A stretch of DNA of 64,000 nucleotides from Paraspadella gotoi. Its lineage: Eukaryota > Animalia > Chaetognatha. The position numbers and the translations under genes were made by a program. Under the pieces are notes generated by a model, which saw only the letters and a program-made list of their open reading frames with translations, was not told where the DNA came from and ran no database searches. Positions 1 through 12,430 of this stretch are shown here, one piece after another. Each line of letters starts with the position of its first letter. Position 1 is the first letter of the stretch. The DNA lies in assembly GCA_051294375.1 (NCBI GenBank), contig CM119270.1, positions 15,935,649 to 15,999,648 of the forward strand, in the 5' to 3' direction.

Positions 1-780
1 GACTTTTAGAATTTTCGTATGTAACTTTTACTACGCCTTATTCCTCACACACAGAATTCCTCCCATGCAGAATTCCTCCTCAAATAATTCCTCCCCAATG
101 GGATTCCTCGCATGCAAGGAATCCCGTGTGGGAGGAATACTAGAGCCACCCAAAAAATAAATATATTTACAAATAGGAATATACAAAAATAATTGAAAAT
201 TATTTTAAAACTTTTAATGAATACTACTAATTGTTACAACTCTGTAAATCTAAAAAAGTATCTTTTTATAACCCTTTATTTTTTCTCTTACTTTGAAAAC
301 TTTTTGAGAGGGAAATTTTGACATCTCGGGAAAGCGTCGAATGGCATGTTAATTTGTTTGTTCTGAAAAGTTTTATGTAAAGGTACATTTAATACCAAAA
401 AGCATTGTCATTAAATCAAATGTCTGATGACATAGTTATTAGAGTGGAGCACTGGGGAACATAAGTTTTATTTGAGTGATCAAACAAGGATATTTAGACG
501 TGAGATCAGTATGATTAAGGAGTTCAAAAAATATGTTTGCTTATATATGTTTGGGGAAACCAGTATCATTAATTACAATATATTATAGTAATATTCCTAT
601 AAAACATAAAATTTCAAAATTAATTTTTTTTTACATTTTTAATTAAAGATTCTGATTCTCACAAAACAGTTAGATCAAAAATAATAAAAATATGTTATTG
701 TGATTAACTTTCTTTTCGTTGTGTTTTAGATAATTGAAATTAAAGACACAAAGTCTTGATACAGCAACGAATTTGATTTT

Positions 781-836
781 ATTGTAAACAGACAAGTTTC
801 GGCTTTCATTCAAGCCTTCATCATGCTTTGACAATT
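781..836 (-). ncRNA. Second hammerhead motif copy with a degenerate core
   Basis: The minus strand reads gcATGATGA-A-GGCTT-gaatga-AAGCC-GAAAC-tt-GTC-tgtttacaat. Confidence 0.55.
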
Positions 837-1461
837 CACAATTTTTCAATGTTCCAAATTAACTTTGGAAGAGAGAGAGAGAGAGAGAAAGAGAAATAAG
901 AAAGACAGAAATCGGCCAACAAAGATATAGACAGGACAGTGGTGAAATGGAGGACAGCTTTAAGTTAAGTAGAGAGAGAGAGAGAGAAGAATGTGAGGGA
1001 AAAGAAATTAAATTTGTGAAGTGAGGGAGAGAGAGACCAGAGAACCAGAGGTTACTTTGGTAAGAAAAGTTACATTAGGAAAATGTACAACAATGGTAAA
1101 TTAATAAATACGAGTAGGGAAGACTAAGACAAACTAAATTTTAAATTAATTCAGATAAATTAATTAATAGTTAATATTTATTAATTTACCAATTTTGTAC
1201 CATTTTCTAATGTACTTTTTCTTACCAAATTTAACCTCTGCTTTCTCTGTTCTCTCTCGTCCCTCAACTCACAAATTAATTTCTTTTCCCTCACATTCTC
1301 TCTCTTTCTCTACTAACTTAAACCTGTCCTCACATTTCACCACTGTCCTGTCTCATATCTTTGTTGGCCATTTCTCTCTCTCTATTTCTTCTTTCTCTCT
1401 CTCTCCCTGCTCTCTCTCTCTCTCTCTCCACAAGTTATTTGGAAAACATGAAATTGTGAAA

Positions 1462-1516
1462 ATTGTAAAGCAGCTGATGAAGGCTTGAATGAAAGCCGAA
1501 ACTTGGGTCTGTACAT
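1462..1516 (+). ncRNA. Minimal type I hammerhead ribozyme motif
   Basis: CTGATGA (1474-1480), stem II GGCTT/AAGCC, GAAAC (1498-1502), short stem III and a GTC triplet (1507-1509). Confidence 0.7.
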
Positions 1517-2149
1517 AAAATTCAAATGTTGCCTGTATGCAAAGACTTGTCTCATTCTATATTTTTTTTTTTAATTTCAATTAAAAATATGTTCATTAAA
1601 AATGTTCAATGTCCTTCAGCGTCATAAAATGGAAAAAAAAGTCACACTTCTCTACTTTTTTAACACTTTGTAGTAGAAACTATTATATGATAACGTTATT
1701 TTTCAATCATTTTTCGCAGCTGTTAACCTAAAAATATCATGTAACATATTTTAACAAAGTTTTTTTCAGTTTTTTCGAAGCGCGAAATCCAAAACTGTTT
1801 TTAAAATTATACTCAAAAAAGATTTTTTGAAATTTTATGATGTTATAAAGACAGTATTGGACCTATAGAACAAAATTCATTAATGATTACCGTTATGGCA
1901 AATTTTTTTTGAAAAGGGTTTAATCCATTTTTATTAACATATACAAAGGCAGCAAAAAAATATTGTTTCCATCGAGCTCAATCTTTTCATCACTCCACCT
2001 GAATAGTTTATGCTTGCAATATGATCACAGTATAATTAGTTTTAAAACAATTGTTTAATTTTGTTAGTAATTACTTTTGGTTTTATCTTAATTGGTTAGC
2101 TTGACAACTAGAATATCCGCAGAATAGCAGCTTGTTGAAGAAACAAAAA

Positions 2150-2312
2150 ATATCTGAATTAGTGGTGTGAATGTTGAAAAAATTAAAAAATTAATTAACT
2201 AAAAGAATCTGAAATAGTGCGTAGTGATGTTGAATAAATAAAAACTAGAAAGATCTGAAAAGTGTGTCCGGTGATATTAAAAAATAAAAAACTAAAAGAT
2301 TGAAATAGTGCA
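2150..2312. repeat. Minisatellite, ~45-55 bp unit, ~3.5 copies
   Basis: Recurring tctgaaatagtg...gtgatgttgaa...aaaaactaaaaga unit. Confidence 0.7.
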
Positions 2313-2514
2313 ATAGCATGTGTGTGCGAAGAGAGATTTTAAAAATATTTATCTCAAGTTTTCTCACTTTGGAACGAACTCCCATCTGTTGTATGCTTTG
2401 AGGTTTTCTCTTCTCCGGGTATTACTTGTTACTTGACGCGTTTTTGCGCCAAGGTTAATTGAGCTTGAAAAAAAAGAATATCAGTTCTGAAAAACATTGA
2501 AGCGTTGTAATAAA

Positions 2515-3138
2515 GTGTTAAGCAGATCTCGGCTCTTAATACCACTTGGATTAATCCGTCGGTCCCACCCCAAAAACTTGTCGGTAAGAGTCACATAACA
2601 TTCTTTCAAAATATCGAAATTAAATGATAAATTATGAAAAAAAAATTGATGTCCGTCTGTCTGTCTGTCTGTCTGTTCGTCGTCGTTCCCCGTTAGCTGT
2701 TTGGAACGGCCAATTACTCATGATGAATGGGGGGATTGTACTTAAATTTTGTGTGTGGGTTAGGAGAGTGGTGTTGTGGATTGAGCAGAATCATGTTTCG
2801 ATGGAATCATCCAAGGGAAATGAGTAAAATGGAAAATCTATTTCACTATTTGATTTAGTATTTTCTTTCATATTAAATGTAAATTCAGTCTGCATCAATT
2901 GATTATTAATAAATTAGTAATTAATAATTTGGTAATTAATATTTAATTTATTAATTTTGTGACGAGATGCCGTTTTTCATTTAGAGGCAGATGAACAGAA
3001 GTGAAAAACGATGTCTTGGATGCATAAAATAAAATTAAATATAATAAATTATTTAATTTAATTAATATAATTAGATTAATGATCGTGGGGCAGCTACGTC
3101 CGACAATATTGAGTTTGGTTCAAAAGCTTGTTTTTTTC
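2515..3138 (+). mobile_element. Helentron-associated (HINE/DINE-1-like) non-autonomous element
   Basis: Shares agcagat...tccgtcggtcc(c)acccc...cttgtcgg...cataacat...aaattatg with 9530-10150. Has a GTCC/GTCT microsatellite at 2651-2675 and a short GC-rich end followed by a T run. Confidence 0.5.
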
Positions 3139-3149
3139 TTTTAGATTGA

Positions 3150-6100
3150 ACTGTGAAAAACGTAAAAGAGTTGCCGAACTCCAAATAAGTCAATGCAACA
3201 GCTGCCATATAACAGCTCTTACTTTCATCGCAATTTTTTATGAAAATTTGGAGGACATTTGCAGGACAAACCCATTCATACTTTCGACGCAGCCGGCCCC
3301 ATTGTAACATGGATTTTCATACCACCTTCGACCCACTATAAAATTATAATTTTTTCTTTACAAAATTTAACACATTAAATTAACATTAAAAGAAAGATTG
3401 GTTCTTTGAAATAGAAACGTTGGGATACTTACAAAGGTGAGCAAAATTTCCCGCCGAATTCTTTTTGATTTACATTGGACAGCAAAAAATTGTTGATTTT
3501 AAGTTAATGGCATGTTCCGTGCGCAGTACCGTTTGGGGACAAGATTGGGGCTAAGACAATTTCATCTTTATTGAATTGAAAATAATTTATTGGAAGCCCT
3601 CATATCTAAATTTCTTATGTTCATTACTCAATAATTTACGACTTGCAAAATCCATTTTTTGCCCTCACTTCTCCTCTCCTTGCAATCTTAACATTGAATT
3701 TTAGAATTTTTTCAAACAATTGGTCCCTTAGAAACACCGAACAAATATTTCCCCTGCGACTCCCGGGGAACCTTTTGGACATTTTTCAAACACATGGGCA
3801 ACATTATTTTTTCTGAGAGATAGCTTTTGTTTTTATTTTTAGAGTCAATACAAAGACTTCGTGTATCCTGTTTTGAATACATGACTGCATTGGGATCAAC
3901 ACAATTCTATTTTCACAACGCATTATTAAACAAGTTTTAATCCTTCTCTGCATTTTATCTTGGTCTTTCCTCAAGATTCTCACATCCATTAATACTGATC
4001 TTCTTTTTCTCGGCGCGGGCTCCAAAAGTAAAGTACACAATACTGGTATTTTGTATATTTAGGAAAGTATGAGATGTAAGGAACAATCCAACGCTCTGAT
4101 TCTTCCGGAGCTTTTCCATAATCAAATTCTCAACTCCATTATTTGGATGCGGTAAATGGCATACAAAAAACGCTGTTGGAACCAATGTTTCAGCTCCTAG
4201 GGTAGCAGCTAATATCGAGTTTTGATCAGTTTTCACAATTCTCATGCCCTGATAAAAATGACTCTCTGGGCGTCATTTTGTAATATAGTACCAGCTCATA
4301 ATCATTCACCGGGAATCTCCAGAAATACTAAATAAATATACCTTTTGGAGAAGCTTGAAAATAAACGCAAGAGCCTTTTTCGTGATAGGAACTTTAATGA
4401 ATTGATATCCATTTTATTGACAAGGAACATTACCTAGATAACGCTAAACTTCTTTGACATCCGTTTCATATGTCTAATGATTTTATCTGAGCACTAGAGC
4501 AAACCGTTTAACCACCACAAATCAGGTATTGTTTAGGAGTTTGTCAGCATCTAAATAAAGTAATCCCTGGTGTTTGTCATCATAAATTAGAAGGGGTAAT
4601 TGGGGCAATCACAAAGACGATTTGCTAGCAAGAAGACGGACACGAAACTATTTGTCAAGTCGAGTAGTTAGTTTACGAGCGTGTTGTGTAAAGAGATTGT
4701 TCATCAAACCTTATTGATAAATTGCGCAAAAGACTATGCAATTCATTATTTCGCCAGGCTAAATTGGTACCGCATGGAGAAAACATACTTTAACTTCTTT
4801 CAATTTCAGTTCTTTTCAATGTTGGCCAATTTTGGATTCGAGACATTTCCTGGTCTTTTGTATTCTAAAGTTTCTGATTCGCATCCTGCTCTCCTTCGGA
4901 ATGTCAAAATTAGTGGTAGAAAATGGACCCTCTGCCATGTATACGTTTTCTGCTCTTTCCAACACCAATCGAGTCTGCATTATATCCTTAATCTCTCAAA
5001 AAATTTTTCTTAGAGTTTCCAATATTTAACGTAATTTCTCTTTTTGACGTTGTAATGTTTTGTTATTTGTACGATCAAATTCCAGTAGTCCAGTTCAAAA
5101 TACCGACAACCGTTTTAGAATCTTTTTTTAAAATTACCAGCTTTGAAACACGCTGAAATTTGGAGCATCTCCATGAAAATAGCTGAATCGGGACTGCAAT
5201 ATTAAAATGCTGCTATTTTTTCCAATGTGAATTCAAATGTCCTCGGTATTTAGCTATACTGGTTACATCCATTGTAAAGAGTTCTCCAAACCTTGGGGTG
5301 TAAAATCTGTGATTGAAGCTGCATTTCAGGATCTCCTCCTTCAAACTTCAACTGTTGTTTTAAAATGAATTCAGATCTCAATCCTTGCTGGGCTCCTGAA
5401 TTTCTTTGAAAAAAATTTGCTTCAGCTGTTTTAACTTGTGTGATTTAGCTTTTTGGTTATTTTTTATTGTATTTTGTACCGCAGACCTAAAAAATTAAAA
5501 GCCTGACTGTTTTTTGTTCATTATTTACTTTTCAAACGCCCCATCATCCTTGCAAATTCTGCTTGAGCTTGAAATTGCAAACTCATCGACATTCAAGTTG
5601 ACTGTTTTTTCACGCGATGTCTTAAGTAATTCTCACTCACCCCCAAATTTGCTGGACTTTACATAATGTTTTCCGTACCTTAAGAAAAATGTCTGAAATT
5701 TAATATCAGATTGCTTTTCAATATGAATTAGGAAGTTTTAAAAAATCAGACAAAATCCTATTGACAAATGCGCCCGAGGATTGATATGTATCAGAGTAAC
5801 TTCAAAAAGTTTCAAATCACTTCAAAATTGCAATCATATTTAATGGCCGTCAATAGTTTTTTGGCAGCCTGCATTTAAGCTCTTCATTGTATGCTTTGAT
5901 CTTGAAACAGTTCAGAGGTTAAGTTCGTTGATACTTTTTTCCATATACAGAACCAGATCCGGATTCCAAATGATGTTGATTGGCCAACTGCGCCACCTAA
6001 ATTTTTCCGCCCTGCGTCAGCTCCAGCTTTGGCTCCTTCACTCCCCCTTTTTTAGCCTCCTAGCGGCGCGCCGGGGCTCCAGCTGCCATCCATCAACTGC

Positions 6101-6950
6101 CGATCATGTCCAAAGTTCCCCCCAACACTTCTTCCTTGACTCACAAGATTTGCGCTTCCGAGACTGAACATCGTCTGTTGCTGAGACGTTGCTCGCCTGT
6201 CTCTTGCAAGTACTTAACATATTGGCAAGGGCCCTGAAACGTTTTCCGGTTCTGGATTGGTATAATCGTATATCGAATGCGTTCATTGCATCTCGGGTAG
6301 ACGCCTTTTGCCCAAAACGTTTTCTTTTTACTACAGATTATTTTCACTGAATTAATGCGTGCTGTTTTCGACTTTCAGAGGAATAAAAACCTCGACGCGA
6401 TCGAAAGCCAACTACCTATCAAGGTTATTCTTCTAAATTTATTAATTACAAGAGGCGACATCCTCGCAAAATCATAGCAAGGATCACTCCGGCTTAATAA
6501 TTGCACAAAGCAACCCATTCAGCAACGCAATACCGAACCGCCATGTGGCCTCCTGCGTTGTTTGACTCTCGTCTTCAACTCCTTCACACTATTGGTCCCG
6601 GATTGCGCTCACAAATTTTCCAACCCGATGGTTGAAATTCATTGAGATTCCATATTGAAACACAACCTGCAAATGCTCAAATGCCCTCTTGTGACAATGC
6701 AAAGTAAGGTGCTGCCCAGAGCTTCCGAAAGAGGCATATCTCTTTACCATTAACTGTTTGAAATGAACGCGGACTGGCTTTTCATTAGCTCGATTGATGT
6801 GGTATCTTCCAACTGTTTTGTTTTCTCATTAATGTTTGCTAAGACAGTTTCAGTTTTCTGGCGAAAAAAAAAGGAAGGACTATGAAATTGGTAACATGTA
6901 TCCCATATATAACAAATTTCCATTACACATTTTAATGTGATTGCCATCTT
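3150..6950 (-). mobile_element. Decayed, frameshifted DNA transposon, KDZ (CxC cysteine-cluster)-like, with putative Ulp1-protease and PHD-finger remnants
   Basis: Minus-strand fragments: MCNGNLLY; KRYASFGSSGQ..KRAFE; KICERNPGPIV (resembles the C-x2-C-x3-P-x2-hh motif of KDZ-associated CxC regions); KLANIEK..KKLKYVFSM; RIVLIP..NRIHEVFVL; RRWYE..C..KYEWVCP. Many stops and frameshifts. Confidence 0.45.
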
Positions 6951-7418
6951 ATTAAGAACTAAATCTTTGTGTCGTCCCTACTTTGGGACAGAGGCTTTTG
7001 GTTGGTATTAAGGCTCCATCACTTCTTACAAGATAATAATAGGCAGGTCCCTGCAAGCTCTTAAATTCAAGACTCTCTCACAGTCCGGTTTTTTCACTCC
7101 CCAGAGTACCTGGCTTCCTATCAATGAAGTGGAAATATATATACTATATTATAATATATTATATAAAATGAAATTGGTACAACAATAATAAAGAGAGAGT
7201 TCATTTAATAAATAAGCTATCTTGCCCCCTGACTTTGGACAGGCTTTTGGGTTAAGGCCTCCATCACTCTTACAAGATATGAAATATGGCAGGTCTCCCT
7301 TGCAAGCTTTCAATCAAGACCTCTCCTCACAGTCCTTGTTTATTCACTTTCCCAGAGTACCTGGCCTCCCTAATCATGAAGTGGTAAAATATTCAAAGAA
7401 TGTTTCAATTGTATGAAA
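6945..7418 (-). mobile_element. Two tandem copies of a retroposon (LINE/SINE) 3' tail
   Basis: 6945-7135 and 7199-7418 share ctccatcact(t)cttacaagata..gcaggtc..tgcaagct..caagac. A third copy is at 51410-51541. Confidence 0.65.
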
Positions 7419-7805
7419 AAGATTTCCATCTCCCGTACACTATTAGATCGGGGAATACTGTTTTTAGATACGTATTTAACATGTGGATCCGGGCGTCCAG
7501 GTTGACAATTTATTAAACTTTCTCTCACCTGCGTTGTGGGCAATCTCCGTGCAACGCCGCTTTTTGTACGCGAGAAGAAACGGCAAAGTTGCCCAGATAA
7601 TAAAGACATTGCAAAAGCAACAATTCTGCAATGAAATGAACTTAAGATTCAATGTGCAAATAGGTTTTTTTTTTCGACCTGAAGAATTCACTGAATCCGG
7701 CGATGAACACAAAAAGACCGAATTGAAAGAAAAATTCGGGGGGGTTTTTTTTCCGAAAATCTTTCCGAATTTCTAAGACATGTTTGGGAATGACCATCTT
7801 TCATG

Positions 7806-8260
7806 TTGGAAATGAATACAATAAAACTTTTTTCATATTTTTAACATCACAATAATACTATTACTTTTCGTGAAATCTTTTAAATGTCAAAGCTAACCGG
7901 GAATTTTGAAATGAAATACAATATAATAGTTTTTCACACTTTTTAACATCAGAATAATAACTATTACTTTTGATAAATGCTTTAAAAAAGTCAAAGCTAA
8001 CCGGGTGAATTTTGGAAATGAATACAATATAATATTTTTTTCACATTTTAACACGAGATAATACTATTACTTTTGATAATCTTTTAAAAAACGCAAAGCT
8101 AACCGGGGAATTGTTTGAAATGATATATCAATATCATATTTTTTTCACGAATTTTTTAACATGAAGAAATAATACTAATTACTTTTGATAATTTTTTTTA
8201 AAAAAACGCCGAAGCTAAACCGAGAAAATTTTGGAAGTTATACTTAATATAAAGAATATC
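7806..8260. repeat. Tandem repeat, ~100-120 bp unit, ~4 copies
   Basis: Repeated ttggaaatgaatacaat...ttttaacatc...ataatactattactttt...aaagctaaccggg. Confidence 0.85.
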
Positions 8261-8709
8261 ATGACTTTAAGACATCACCTTTTTGTTTTTTATGTTTTGT
8301 TTTTAGGTTGGTTTCTTTTTTGGTTAATCTCCATCTAGAATTTTGAAAAGAGTTATGTACTAAAATTGGTTTTGTAAAATATAATTTACAAGAAAGCGTT
8401 AGGCTATGTACCATATTTTGAATCATAAAATATCGCTCAATAAAACTTTTTATACTTAGTTCGAGCTCCCTGTAAGTAAAACTAATATATGGTTATACAA
8501 TTTTTTGTAAACACATTTTCAATGTTTATAACAATGTTCAAGCATATATAGCTGTATTTATTATAACATTCATTTTTAATATACTTTTTAAATAAAACAA
8601 ATCAATAATACCTAAACGATAAATTACTATTGCTTCCAAGAAAGAAGTCAGTTTTGAGTGTCATCGCGACTCAAAATGTCGGGTCATTCGCTTTACCGAA
8701 TACATTGAC

Positions 8710-8746
<37 letters not shown>

Positions 8747-9529
8747 ATCTCTCTCTCATCTCTCTCCTCTTTTCTCTCTCTCTCTCTCATCGCGCTTAAA
8801 CGTGAGTTGCGCATTTCATTACGATAAAAGGTTTCCATGTCTTCCAAAAAGGAAAAGTTGTCAATCATTGAAATAAAATGAGCGATTAATATAATTATTT
8901 TTAAATGACTCAATCATGTAGCGGGCCCTCCCCAGTTGTAAACCCGATGGATTATTGGTAAAAGCTATCAGCAAATGACTCTCCAGGGTATGGTTTAAAA
9001 TCAGCTTTTTACTAAGTAACGTGTGTGATTCTACATCTATATCATTAGTTTTCATTACTAGTTTTATTGGCTGGTTAAGGAAAAGAGAAAAAGGTACAGA
9101 GTAGTATTCTTTATCCTGCATGCACTCTTGGACAATGTAATTTGTTAACTTCTTGTCACTTGCTACCTATAATGATTAGTTTTCTATTTTAATACTATGC
9201 TGATCAATAAGAATAATGAAAGCCCTACTTAGTTTATTGTAGTTTCTCTACTTTAAATTTCTCTTTTTAGAGAATTATTTTCACCTCAATTGAATAGAAC
9301 GACGAATTTTAATAATTGAATTTACTTATTGATTGATTGATTGATTGAATGGAATTGATTGATTTATACTGTTGTTATGATTGTAATTTGGATTCGGAAG
9401 GAAACCATTGAAAACTTTAATAAATTGTATTATTAATGTAATTATAAATTTTAATTTGCTAGAAATGTTAAGTTTCATTTAAGTGTGTTAGTACGTCGTT
9501 GTATTGTATTGTATTTTTAATTTTTTTTA

Positions 9530-10150
9530 GGTCGGATCTGCTGAGTATCAGCAGATTCCCCGAACCTCTATAGATTCCACTTTGTTCGGTCCGTCGGTCC
9601 ACCCCCTTAATCTTGTCGGGCCACTCAACTTATATCATGTCATAACATCGCGAATTTATATAAATTATGCCAAAAAAAAAAAGATTTTTGTAAGTGGGTA
9701 GGAAAGTGTGTGATTAAGCTAAAAATCAAGTTTTCGATGAATCGTCTGAGTGGAATGAAGTTTAAAATGCACACAAAACAAAAAAGCCTGTTTCAGCTAA
9801 TTGCAATGGTCTTCTTTTCTTCTTTCTTATTTTTGAATGGTAAAATGCACAGATGTATTAATCTAAATCATATAATTAATCAAGTTAATTAATTAACTAG
9901 TACAATTAATTTAATCAAATAATTAATAACAATCAATCATTTAGTCATCATTATAGGGTATTTGTTATCTCATCTGAGGTCGGGTCATTAGGCTTTTGGT
10001 CGGTGGTAAGTGACGAAAAACTAAAAACAAACATTTGGGATCAAAATTAATTTAATTAATTACCTATTTAATTATTTAATCTATGATTAATTAATTACTG
10101 ATAATTATCGCGGGTGGGCAGAGTCCGGACATGTTTGCTCGAACTGTGTT
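9530..10150 (+). mobile_element. HINE-like element, same family as 2515-3138
   Basis: Shared 5' block with 2515-3138 and a similar 3' end (gtgggcagagtccggaca...ttgctcgaactgtgtt). Confidence 0.5.
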
Positions 10151-10445
10151 TAAGATTACATAATATACTAATATTAAAATATACCGGATTTATCTCAAAG
10201 GGTTATACTTAAACAAGTCTAGCAAACCAATGTTCGATCTGCCACGATAATGAGAGTAAATGGTACAGGCTAAGCAGCATGATGAATCGATGATAATCTC
10301 TTCATTTGTGATCCTGCACTGAATCAATAACAGATTGGGTACCATACGCACCCACGTGGCTGCGTTAAATCCCTTGAAACGAGTTAAATGGAAATAATAA
10401 AAATAAAGGAGCAAGAATTTTAACTATTATATTTTTTCTGCATAA

Positions 10446-10580
10446 TTTTTTTAACTTGGCCTTATTTTTCAACTTGCAATCATTTTCTCAACTTAAAGTC
10501 TTTTTTTCACTGGCATCATTTTTTCAAACTTGCATCTTTTTTTTCAACTTGGTATCATTTTTTCAAATGCTTCATTTTTT
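10446..10580. repeat. Minisatellite, ~18-19 bp unit (ttttttcaacttggcatca), ~7 copies
   Basis: Visible tandem units. Confidence 0.75.
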
Positions 10581-10692
10581 GACACTCTCTATTTCGTCAT
10601 GATTATCATGACGAATCGATGGACATATAAAAAGCTAACGCGAAGACGCCCAGTGTTGAGCAATTGATCAGATGTTCTAATCTAAACTGGCG

Positions 10693-10695
<3 letters not shown>

Positions 10696-10746
<51 letters not shown>

Positions 10747-11034
10747 TTCCTCTCTCTTCTCTCTCTCTCATCTCTCTCTCCTCCTCTCTCTCTCTCTCTC
10801 TCTCCTCTCAACTCTCATCTCTCTCTCTCTCGTCTGTCTGTCCTCCCCGTCTTTCTCACTGTCTCGCTCGGCTTTTACTTCCTCCGGTTCGGAAACCGAG
10901 TTCCCAATTTATAACTTATTTTGTTCCTTCTTTTTCTCCTCGCCTTCCTCACCGTTTTACAAGTAACCTTGAGAAATGGAACGGTGGAGGGAGAGGAGAG
11001 GGGGAGAGAGTGGAGAGGAGAAGAGAGAGAGAGA

Positions 11035-11072
<38 letters not shown>

Positions 11073-11278
11073 ATAAAGAAAGAAAGAAAGGAAAGAAAGA
11101 AAGAAGAAAGAAAGAAAGAAAGAAAGAAAAAAGAAGAGAAAGAAAGAAAGAAAGAATGAAGAAAGAAAAGAAGAAATTAAGAAAAGAAAAGAAAATGAAA
11201 GTAAAAAATAAAGATAGTAATGCAATAAAAGAAAACAAAGAGAGAAGAGAATATGAGTGAGAGAAAGAGATGAGCCGG

Positions 11279-11320
<42 letters not shown>

Positions 11321-11345
11321 GAGAGGAGAGAGAGAGGAGAGAGAA
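10696..11345. repeat. (CT)n, (AG)n and (GAAA)n simple repeats
   Basis: Direct inspection. The ORFs called here are low-complexity artefacts. Confidence 0.9.
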
Positions 11346-11527
11346 TAACGAATGAACCAATCGCTGAAGGGCGTTTTCCTCATCGTCAACTTTTAACCCT
11401 TTTTTTCCCCTAAATTTCCCCACCCGGCGTTTTCGCCCTGGAGTGGAACTGAAATCGTCCGGTCTGCTTTATCGTCGTTTTCATCGTCTGTTTCAGTCGT
11501 CGAAACGATCGTCAGCATCAATCGATC

Positions 11528-11627
11528 NNNNNNNNNNNNNNNNNNNNNNNNNNNNNNNNNNNNNNNNNNNNNNNNNNNNNNNNNNNNNNNNNNNNNNNNN
11601 NNNNNNNNNNNNNNNNNNNNNNNNNNN
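11528..11627. other. Assembly gap (100 N)
   Basis: N run. Confidence 1.
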
Positions 11628-12430
11628 CAAAGAATGTTTCAATTGTATGAAAAGACCACTCCCTGAAATGGTATTTTTTTGTGGTATATTAGGTATATTG
11701 GTATATTTTGATATATATAGTACATTTGGTATAGTGTTATATTTTTTAAAAACAGATTTAAGTACTTTTAGTTTCCACGACCTCAAACTCTCCAAACCCC
11801 CTCGGCCCCTCAGGGTTGGTTCAGCCCGGGTCAGGTCTTCGTTCTGGACGAATACTGCGCCCGCTACGGCGTCCGCGGCTGCCACCGCCATCTTTGCTAC
11901 TTGAACGATCTTCTGGATCGCGCAGAGTCGGGAGTCGTCGTCGATCCAACCCTCGTACACTACAGCTACGCCTTCTGCGCGTCGCACGTCCACGGGGACA
12001 GGTTAGTTGCCGCGGGGGTTGCTGCGTGGGTTGCTGTGGCTTTGTTGCCAAGGATGCTGTTGCCTTTGCGCACGTTTAAGGGAACGCTGATGGAAGGTGT
12101 GGGGGTTGCCGAGGGGGTTGCTATTGGTGGGGGGGATGCTATTGTCATCGACATTGATTAATTGTTTTTTTTGTTTTGTTTTTTTGCTGTTTCGGCTGCT
12201 GTCGTAGCTGTTTGATATTTTGGTATTGAGTTAGATATTATTGGAATTATTTGATTTTTGGGCCATGAGTTGTTTTGTCACTGATCTCTCTTCGCTGCTG
12301 TTGTTCGCCTTCACAGTTTTGTTTTTTTTATTGTGGGGGGCGGGGAAAAGAGTGAAGGGGGCGCGGCGACGCGATGGAGAAGAAAAGATGGCCGCCGCCT
12401 TTTATCGGTTTGATGCGGAAGAGAAACGTC
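11628..12430 (-). mobile_element. GC-rich retroposon-like element linked to the 6945-7418 tail family
   Basis: caaagaatgtttcaattgtatgaaaa at 11628 is identical to 7394-7419. Upstream on the minus strand are a disrupted low-complexity ORF and a GC-rich leader with GCGGCCATCTT (12385-12395). Confidence 0.5.

Larger units (their letters stand above)
745..1556. repeat. Long imperfect inverted repeat (arms ~745-1110 and ~1175-1556), likely inverted Penelope-like pseudo-LTRs
   Basis: The arms are reverse complements with scattered indels, e.g. gacaagtttcggctttcattcaagccttcatca (791-823) vs tgatgaaggcttgaatgaaagccgaaacttgggtc (1475-1509). An (AG)n tract in one arm mirrors a (CT)n tract in the other. 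Confidence 0.8.

Noticed and set aside
40-150. ATTCCTC short repeats plus a hairpin, possibly a transposon end
   Set aside because: The partner terminus is not in the window, so it cannot be classified.
7806-8260. Regularly spaced repeats as a possible CRISPR array
   Set aside because: Whole units repeat with no unique spacers, the context is eukaryotic, and there are no cas genes.
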